This document shows, piece after piece, positions 19,437 to 25,453 of a stretch of DNA of 49,991 nucleotides (within the stretch, counting starts at the first letter, position 1; the number at the start of each line of letters is the position of its first letter). The notes under the pieces were generated by a model, which was given only the letters and a program-made list of their open reading frames with translations, made no database searches and was not told where the DNA came from. The DNA comes from an uncultured Oscillospiraceae bacterium (lineage in GTDB: Bacteria > Bacillota > Clostridia > Christensenellales > Aristaeellaceae): NCBI GenBank assembly GCA_964563725.1, contig CAZLYF010000002.1, forward strand, positions 1 to 49,991. Direction: 5' to 3'. The translations under genes were made by a program, and so were the position numbers.

Positions 19437-20354
19437 ATGGACGCGAGAGAAACGGTCCTAAAGGCGCTGGAGAAGAGCTTGTGCATCCCGGCCTTCAACA
19501 TCCCCCATCTGCCCATGCTCAAGGCCGTGGCCCAGGCAGTCGCCGACGAGCATGCCGTCGCGATGATCCAGGTGGCCAGGCTGGAATGGGTCAAGTTCGA
19601 GGCGCAAAGCCTCGAGGCAGTCGCGGAGGAATACGGGAGGCACGCGGTCAGCGGGCACACGCTGCTGCACCTGGATCACGTTCCCGTCATCGACGAGGAC
19701 GGCCTGCGCGTGGACTGGCTGCCCATCCTCAGGCGCGCGCTGGGCGCGGGGTACCAGTCCGTGATGCTGGATGGCTCGCGCCTGCCGCTTCCTGAAAACA
19801 TCCGCGCCTCGAGGGAGGCCGCCGACCTCGCGCACGCGCACGCGGCGGGCTGCGAAGCGGAACTGGGCTCCGTCATGGGCCATGAGGGGAGCGGCATCGG
19901 CAGCTCCTACGAGGAGCTGTTCCGCTCAAAGAAGGGCTTCACGGACCCTGACGAAGCGCGGTGCTTCGCGCGGGAAAGCGGCTGCGACTGGCTCTCGGTC
20001 GCCGCGGGCAGCGTGCACGGCGCCATCGCCGCCAGCGTCCGCCTCGAGAAAAAGCCCGAGGCGCGGCTGGACACGGAGCATATCGCGCTGCTGCGCAAAG
20101 CGGCTGGCGTCCCCCTGGTGCTGCACGGCGGCTCCGGGATCAACCGCGGCTGCGTCCGGGAGGCCATCCGGGCCGGCATCGCCAAGATCAACGTCGGGAC
20201 GGATATCCGCCAGCCCTACGAGCGGGCGATGCAGGAGAGGAACGACGTCGAATACGCCCGGCAGAAGACCTATGAGGCGGTCCGCGCGGTGATCAGCGGC
20301 TTCCTCGGCCTTTCGGGCAGCAGGGAAGCGCTTCAGGGCGGACAGACGGCATGA
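19437..20354 (+). CDS. Class II ketose-bisphosphate aldolase (FbaA/GatY/KbaY family)
   Basis: ATG at 19437, 6 nt after GAGGAGA; GTG at 19422 is the alternative. PAFNIPHLPMLKAV, LHLDHV (Zn His), VMLDGS and PLVLHGGSG are family blocks. Confidence 0.8.
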   Translation: MDARETVLKALEKSLCIPAFNIPHLPMLKAVAQAVADEHAVAMIQVARLEWVKFEAQSLEAVAEEYGRHAVSGHTLLHLDHVPVIDEDGLRVDWLPILRRALGAGYQSVMLDGSRLPLPENIRASREAADLAHAHAAGCEAELGSVMGHEGSGIGSSYEELFRSKKGFTDPDEARCFARESGCDWLSVAAGSVHGAIAASVRLEKKPEARLDTEHIALLRKAAGVPLVLHGGSGINRGCVREAIRAGIAKINVGTDIRQPYERAMQERNDVEYARQKTYEAVRAVISGFLGLSGSREALQGGQTA

Positions 20355-21562
20355 ACGCGGTCATGTACGGCGCCGGGAACATCGGCCGGGGCTTTGTGGG
20401 CGCCCTGTTCAGCCAGTCCGGCTACAGGGTGACCTTCATCGATGTGGCGAAGGCGGTGGTGGAGCGTCTGCACCTCAGCGGCCGCTATCCCGTGCGGATC
20501 GTGTCGGACGAAGGCAACCGGGACATGGAGATCACGGGCGTGGACGCCGTCGACGGAGGTGATCCCGAGGCGGCCGCGCAGGCGATCGCGGAGGCAGACA
20601 TCATGGCGACCGCGGTGGGCGTCAAGGCCCTGCCGCTGATCATGCCCAACCTCGTCTCCGGCCTCCGCCGGCGCTTCGCGCTCGGGCGGCCGCCGCTGAA
20701 CATCCTCCTGTGCGAGAACCTGAACGACGTGCACAAGGTGGTCGAAGGGCTTCTGAGGGAGCGGATGACGGCGGAGGAAGCGCGGCTGCTCAATGACAGG
20801 GTCGGCCTGGTGGAGGCCTCCATCGGCCGGATGGTCCCCGTGCAGACGCCCGAGATGCAGGACGGCGATCCCCTGCGCGTCTGCGTGGAGGCGTACGGCT
20901 TCCTGCCCGTGGACCGCGCCGCCTTCAGGGGCGGGATCCCGTCCGTCAGGAACATGATCCCCTTTTCTCCCTTTGATTTCTACGTCAAGCGCAAACTCTT
21001 CCTCCACAACATGGGTCACGCCGCCTGCGCGTATCTGGGGCTGTACACAGGCAGGCGCTACATCTGGGAGGCGGTCGGGGACCCCCTCATCGAGCTGGCC
21101 GCCCAGAACGCGATGCAGGAAAGCGCTGTCGCGCTTTCGAAGAAATACGGCGTGCCCCTGCCCGATCTGCTCGATCACGCGCAGGACCTGCTCGGCCGTT
21201 TCGGCAACAGCGCGCTCAAGGACACCTGCGCCCGCGTCGCCGCCGATCCCGGCCGCAAGCTGGCCGCTTCCGACAGGCTCACGGGCGCCGCGCGGCTGTG
21301 TCTCCAGACCGGCGTCACGCCGGCCTTCATCTCCCTCGCCGCCGCCGGCGCGGTCCGCCTCTACCTGGAGGAGACGGGCCGGGAGCAGACGGGGGAAGGC
21401 GCGGCGCGCGCGCTGCGGGAGTTGTCGGAGCTCTCCCCCGGGGACGAACCGGGCGCGATGATCCTCGGCATGCACGGACTGCTCGCCGCCCGCCGGCCGC
21501 CGGAGGATCTGTACAGGGCGGCCAAGAAGCTCAGGCTGTCCCGCCTGGGTGAGATCATCTAG
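20351..21562 (+). CDS. Mannitol-1-phosphate 5-dehydrogenase-family enzyme (long-chain polyol-phosphate dehydrogenase)
   Basis: The start overlaps the aldolase stop (ATGA). MNAVMYGAGNIGRGFVGALFSQSGYRVTFIDV matches the MtlD N-terminus (FGAGNIGRGF). An HNMGHA block lies further along. Confidence 0.75.
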   Translation: MNAVMYGAGNIGRGFVGALFSQSGYRVTFIDVAKAVVERLHLSGRYPVRIVSDEGNRDMEITGVDAVDGGDPEAAAQAIAEADIMATAVGVKALPLIMPNLVSGLRRRFALGRPPLNILLCENLNDVHKVVEGLLRERMTAEEARLLNDRVGLVEASIGRMVPVQTPEMQDGDPLRVCVEAYGFLPVDRAAFRGGIPSVRNMIPFSPFDFYVKRKLFLHNMGHAACAYLGLYTGRRYIWEAVGDPLIELAAQNAMQESAVALSKKYGVPLPDLLDHAQDLLGRFGNSALKDTCARVAADPGRKLAASDRLTGAARLCLQTGVTPAFISLAAAGAVRLYLEETGREQTGEGAARALRELSELSPGDEPGAMILGMHGLLAARRPPEDLYRAAKKLRLSRLGEII

Positions 21563-21578
21563 CGCCATCCGGCGCCTG

Positions 21579-21608
21579 TTGACACCAGTTTACCCTTTTC
21601 GATACAAT
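21579..21608 (+). promoter_or_regulatory. Near-consensus sigma-A promoter of the SPFH/ESCRT-III/Vps4/TIR operon
   Basis: TTGACA (21579-21584), 18-nt spacer, TACAAT (21603-21608), 40 nt upstream of the ATG at 21648. It follows a small hairpin, GCGCC-atcc-GGCGC (21562-21575), at the end of the sugar operon. Confidence 0.65.
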
Positions 21609-21647
21609 ACCGTTCAGCCGGTGTCGCCGTCCGTCACGAACACGAGG

Positions 21648-22670
21648 ATGCATCCAGTGAACAGCGGAAATAGGGTCACGGTCAGCGAAGAGGGGGACTT
21701 CCTGGTCTGGAGGCACCCGGATACGGCGTTTTCAAAGGACGCGGTGCTGAGGGTGCCGGCGGGATATGAGGTGATCATCGAACGCAACAACGTCCTGTCG
21801 GACGTCTACCGCGAGGGGAGCACGGTTTATCCGGGCAGGCGGGAGGGCGGCTTTGGGCTTGCCCTCCGGGAAAAACCCGCGGTGCGCGTTTATTTCTTCA
21901 GGAAGCTGCCCGGCAGGCCGCAGCGCTGGGGCGTGGGCGGCATCCGCTTTTCTGACAGGAACACGAATGAAACCGGACGCCTGGGCGCCCTGGGCACGTA
22001 CAGCGTCGTTCCGGTCAGCGCGAAAAAACTCCTGCGGCACGCGATGGGCTTCGGCGGACAGCTCGTATCCAGGGAAATCGCCTCCTGTCTTGAGCCGGAC
22101 ATCATCAGGACGGTCAGGACCGAAATCGCCAGGCTGGTTCAGGACGGGGGGATGGCCTCCCTGGGCGGGCGCCTTGACGGCGCCGCCGAAGCGATCAAGG
22201 AGGCCCTGCAGCCAAAGTTCGAGGAGTACGGGATTCGGATCGAGTCGTTCCAGATCCTGAATGTCGAGATCATGGACCGGGATGGCGAACGCGCCGCGGC
22301 GCGGGGCGACCCCGCTCCCCCGGACACAGGGGGAGGCTTTCCCGGAAAGGAAGGTCAGGAAGAGGAAATGATCGCAAGCAAACGGATCGGCGAGAGAAAC
22401 ATCGAGTCCCGCAATGAGACGGCCAACCTGTTCACCAAAGCCGGCGAGCGCGTGAAGCCGCGCGGATACAAGGAAAGGCTGCTGAAGCTGGAAGGGGAGC
22501 TGATGCTCAGCGAGAGCGCTGACAGGGACGCCGTCCGATTCGACATGGAGCTCAGGACCCTGCTGGCCGAATTTCCCAGGGTCGTCGAGGAAGGGATCGA
22601 GACCATCGCCGAACGCTATCTGGAGCGGATGCGCTACCTGATCGGGAAAAGGAACGGGGAGCCGGGCTGA
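21648..22670 (+). CDS. SPFH-domain protein of the YdjI / 'virion core protein-like' type, with a helical C-terminal extension
   Basis: EGDFLVWRHPDTAFSKDAVLRVPAGYEVIIERNNVLSDVYREGSTVYPG matches the beta-rich N-terminal signature of YdjI-type SPFH proteins. KFEEYGIRIESFQILNVEIMD is a typical SPFH domain end. About 90 extra charged/helical residues follow. GTG at 21657 is an alternative start. Confidence 0.7.
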   Translation: MHPVNSGNRVTVSEEGDFLVWRHPDTAFSKDAVLRVPAGYEVIIERNNVLSDVYREGSTVYPGRREGGFGLALREKPAVRVYFFRKLPGRPQRWGVGGIRFSDRNTNETGRLGALGTYSVVPVSAKKLLRHAMGFGGQLVSREIASCLEPDIIRTVRTEIARLVQDGGMASLGGRLDGAAEAIKEALQPKFEEYGIRIESFQILNVEIMDRDGERAAARGDPAPPDTGGGFPGKEGQEEEMIASKRIGERNIESRNETANLFTKAGERVKPRGYKERLLKLEGELMLSESADRDAVRFDMELRTLLAEFPRVVEEGIETIAERYLERMRYLIGKRNGEPG

Positions 22671-22728
22671 ACAGGGGCTTCGCAGCCCGGCGCGTCAATG
22701 ACTGCGGCTGAAGGAGCGATTCAGGCAT

Positions 22729-23442
22729 ATGACAGGGAACAAGGGTTTTTTCGGAAAGCTGTTTAGCCGCGGGAGGCCGCAGGAAGAGCTGTCCGCGGAC
22801 GAGTGCAGAGCCCGCCTGTTCAGGCTGAACAACAAGCTTGACGAGGAAAATGATAAGCTCAGGAAGGCGGAGAAGGAGCTTGAAGAGCTGAAAACCGAAG
22901 CCGTCAGGCTCAAGACGGGCGGCGCCGGGAGCGCGAGCGGGAACGCGCGCTACGAGCTGGTCAAAACCAGGGCCGAGGGCGTGATGGCAACCATCACAAG
23001 CCATACCGGCAGCGTCAGCCTGCTGATGCGCGAGATCAGAAACCTCAGCGACTATGCCACGGCAAAGGGGATGAAGCAGATCGTCGACCTGATCGGGCAG
23101 TCGAGGCTTCCCGACACGGAGACGCTGTGGGACGAGCTTGACCAGGCCGTCATCGCGCGGGAAGCGCTGGTGGAAGGACAGAAAAGCGTCAGGTCGCTGC
23201 TCGACGAGGCGCTGAAGGACGCGACGGCCGAAACGGGCGGCCGGGAGAAAACGGAATTCGACAGGCTCGTCGATCGGGAAGTGGCGGCCATGAACAATAT
23301 CGCCGACATCACCGGGGAGCGTCCAGCCGCAACCGAGGCAGGGCCTGAAACGGAAACCAGCGGACCGCAGAACGGGAAGAAGGGTCCTGAAGAAGATAAA
23401 GCCGAACCGGCCGCACAGGCGGATCCCGATCGCGGCAAGTGA
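22729..23442 (+). CDS. ESCRT-III superfamily (Snf7/PspA-like) coiled-coil protein, paralogue 1
   Basis: 237 aa. N-terminal amphipathic GFFGKLFSRG is like MGLFGK/MGLFDRL of CHMP/Vipp1. It is followed by a long helical hairpin (RLFRLNNKLDEENDKLRKAEKELEELKTEAVRLK ... ARYELVKTRAEGVMATITSHTGSVSLLMREIRNL), shorter helices, and an acidic Thr/Pro-rich tail. AAGGAG RBS 12 nt upstream. Confidence 0.6.
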   Translation: MTGNKGFFGKLFSRGRPQEELSADECRARLFRLNNKLDEENDKLRKAEKELEELKTEAVRLKTGGAGSASGNARYELVKTRAEGVMATITSHTGSVSLLMREIRNLSDYATAKGMKQIVDLIGQSRLPDTETLWDELDQAVIAREALVEGQKSVRSLLDEALKDATAETGGREKTEFDRLVDREVAAMNNIADITGERPAATEAGPETETSGPQNGKKGPEEDKAEPAAQADPDRGK

Positions 23443-23473
23443 ACGCAGCCAGGTGAGCGGAGGGGTGAACTGC

Positions 23474-24118
23474 ATGTTTTTCAAGTCGGCTGCCCGGAAG
23501 GCACAGGAAAACAAGGCGATGATCAGGCAGAACCTGCGGGAACTGACGCGCTGGGTAGCGGCCCTGGAAAAGAAAAAGGCGAGCATGATCGAGAGCGCCC
23601 GCACAGCCAGGGCGCAGGGGCTGACCTCGCAGTACAATTTCGCCTTCAACGCGCTGAAGATGCTCATCAACCATCAGAAGCGGGCGCGCGCGATGAAGCT
23701 GCAGGTGGAGATGGTGGAAAACCTGCGCGACCTGAGCAATATGAGCTCAGACTTTTTCAGGCTGTTTGGAAAGGTCGGCAAGGAAGTGTCGGACGCGGCC
23801 AGGAACATGAACTATTCCAAAAACCTCGCCTCCTTCGAGACGGGGATGACCGCGGTCGACCAGACGCTCGCGCAGCTGCAGGACTTCATGGACGAAGCCC
23901 AGATGACCTATGAGGAGATGCCCGGGATGGACGAGGAATCGGGCGTCGACGACGAGATCAGGCAGCTGATCGACGTGACCGGCGCCATGAAGCTCGACGA
24001 CAAGGACCAGGTGCCGCATACCGCGCAGAGAGCCGGGGCCGGGCTGGAGGACGCGGCGCTCGACGAAGACATCGAGCGGCGCCTGCAGGAGATCCGCGGC
24101 AGGCGCGCCAACCCCTGA
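23474..24118 (+). CDS. ESCRT-III (Snf7/CHMP-like) protein, paralogue 2, with C-terminal MIM1 motif
   Basis: ATG at 23474 lies 8 nt after GGAGGGG; GTG at 23453 is the alternative. 214 aa. MFFKSAARKAQENKAMIRQNLRELTRWVAALEKKKASMIESARTARAQG...FAFNALKMLINHQKRARAMKLQVEMVENLRDLSNMSSDFFRLFGKVGKEV...TLAQLQDFMDEA follows the alpha1-alpha5 layout of CHMP proteins. An acidic linker follows, and the last helix DEDIERRLQEIR fits MIM1 (D/E)xxLxxRLxxL(K/R). Confidence 0.7.
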   Translation: MFFKSAARKAQENKAMIRQNLRELTRWVAALEKKKASMIESARTARAQGLTSQYNFAFNALKMLINHQKRARAMKLQVEMVENLRDLSNMSSDFFRLFGKVGKEVSDAARNMNYSKNLASFETGMTAVDQTLAQLQDFMDEAQMTYEEMPGMDEESGVDDEIRQLIDVTGAMKLDDKDQVPHTAQRAGAGLEDAALDEDIERRLQEIRGRRANP

Positions 24119-24254
24119 ACGGGAAAGCCCCGCGGCCGCGGCGTCAGGGCGCTTCAAAACGCGGGGCAGGCGGCGGACAGGAGCCGCTCCCGCCCGCAGG
24201 CGGCGGGCCTGAAGGCGTTCGGACGGCGGACGGAGTCAAGGGAGAGGTGACAGG

Positions 24255-25427
24255 ATGACAGGCCCGGCCAGCGAATCCCTGATCGAAGTATTCAACAGCT
24301 ACTACAGCACCGCCAAGCAGAAGGAAAAAGAGGGGCGCTGGGGGCAGGCCGCCAGGCTGTACCGGTATGCCGCGGAAACGATGCTCCATATCGCCAGGGC
24401 TTCGGACGGAGAAACCAGGAAAGCGCAGATCTCGCGCGCCGACAGGCTGACGCAGCTTTCGGACGCGCTGGAACAAAAGGAAAAAGAGGGGACGGAAGGC
24501 AAAAACCCCGCCTCGGGGGCTCAGCCGAAGACGAACAACCCTGGTCAAAGGGGCGACGCGGACCCGGGCACGCAGTGGGAGGCCGAACCTGTCCCGGCAG
24601 TTTCGTTTGAGGACGTGGCGGGCCTAGGCGAGGTCAAGCGCATCGTGACTGAACGGATCATCGATCCGATGAGGCATCCCGACCTGTACCGGCAGGTCGG
24701 ATTGAAGTTCAATACGGGCGTCCTGATGTTCGGGCCGCCCGGCACGGGCAAGACGACCATCGCCAAAGCCATTGCGCACGAGGTCAACGCGTCGTTTTTT
24801 CTGGTGCAGTGCGACAAGGTCCTGTCAAAGTGGTATGGAGAATCGGAAAAGATCGTCCACGAACTGTTCGCAGCCGCCCGCAAACAGCAGACCGCCGTGA
24901 TTTTTTTCGACGACTTTGACGGGATCGGCAGGACGCGCGACGGCAGCCACGAGGCCTCCAGCCGCATCATCACCCAGCTGCTGGTGGAGATGCAGGGTTT
25001 CAGCGAAGACGATACCACCATCCTGCTGCTTGCCGCCACGAACCGGCCCTGGGACATCGACAGCGCCTTTACCCGGGCGGGCCGTTTTTCCTCGATGGTC
25101 TATGTCCCGCTCCCGGACGAGGAGACGAGGCTGTTTCTGCTGAAGCTGCAGTTCAAGGGCGTGCAGCTGGCGGAGGACATCGGCATGAAGGCGTATGCCG
25201 CGCGCCTCCGCGGCAGAAACGGCGCCGACATCGTGGAATTCTGCACCGCCGCCAAGCACAGCGCAGTGAAGCGGGCGAGGGCCGCGCGAAAAGACCTGGT
25301 GACCCTCTGCGGGCAGGATTTTGAGGAAGCCATGGCGACCACGCGCTCCACGGTGCGCAGTGATTCGCTGGAAAAGCTGCACGCGTTCATGAGGCGGGAA
25401 GGGTACCCGATTCCCGACGAGATGTAG
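24255..25427 (+). CDS. Vps4-like AAA+ ATPase with N-terminal MIT-like domain
   Basis: The N-terminal ~80 aa (YSTAKQKEKEGRWGQAARLYRYAAETMLHIARASDGETRKAQISRADRLTQLSDALEQKEKEG) parallels the Vps4 MIT three-helix bundle. Walker A GPPGTGKT (24732-24755). Pore loop 1 LSKWYGESEKIV is almost identical to Vps4 SKWLGESEKLV. Walker B VIFFDDFD. SRH LLAATNRPWDIDSAFTRAGRF...VYVPLPDEETR. Confidence 0.8.
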   Translation: MTGPASESLIEVFNSYYSTAKQKEKEGRWGQAARLYRYAAETMLHIARASDGETRKAQISRADRLTQLSDALEQKEKEGTEGKNPASGAQPKTNNPGQRGDADPGTQWEAEPVPAVSFEDVAGLGEVKRIVTERIIDPMRHPDLYRQVGLKFNTGVLMFGPPGTGKTTIAKAIAHEVNASFFLVQCDKVLSKWYGESEKIVHELFAAARKQQTAVIFFDDFDGIGRTRDGSHEASSRIITQLLVEMQGFSEDDTTILLLAATNRPWDIDSAFTRAGRFSSMVYVPLPDEETRLFLLKLQFKGVQLAEDIGMKAYAARLRGRNGADIVEFCTAAKHSAVKRARAARKDLVTLCGQDFEEAMATTRSTVRSDSLEKLHAFMRREGYPIPDEM

Positions 25428-25453
25428 CCTGGCGCTGGCGGAAGGGCGGACAA

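Noticed and set aside
22599-22634. Possible second MIM at the SPFH protein C-terminus (ETIAERYLERMR)
   Set aside because: Positions 4 and 7 do not fit the MIM1 consensus (Ala and Tyr instead of Leu and Arg). The match is too weak to claim and is mentioned only as something to test in docking.
22552-23670. 372-aa antisense ORF across the two ESCRT-III-like genes, and a similar one at 27384-28550 across the kinase
   Set aside because: The sense-strand products have RBSs, coupled junctions and recognisable domain architecture. The antisense translations are low-complexity and cross gene boundaries.
22729-24118. Calling the two coiled-coil proteins plain PspA/IM30
   Set aside because: PspA was considered because of the YdjI-type SPFH neighbour. 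Several features resemble Snf7/CHMP proteins more than PspA: the ~215-235 aa size, the alpha-helix pattern of paralogue 2, its acidic linker and MIM1 terminus, and the adjacent MIT-AAA ATPase. Only profile and structure comparison can settle the subfamily, so they are reported as ESCRT-III superfamily.
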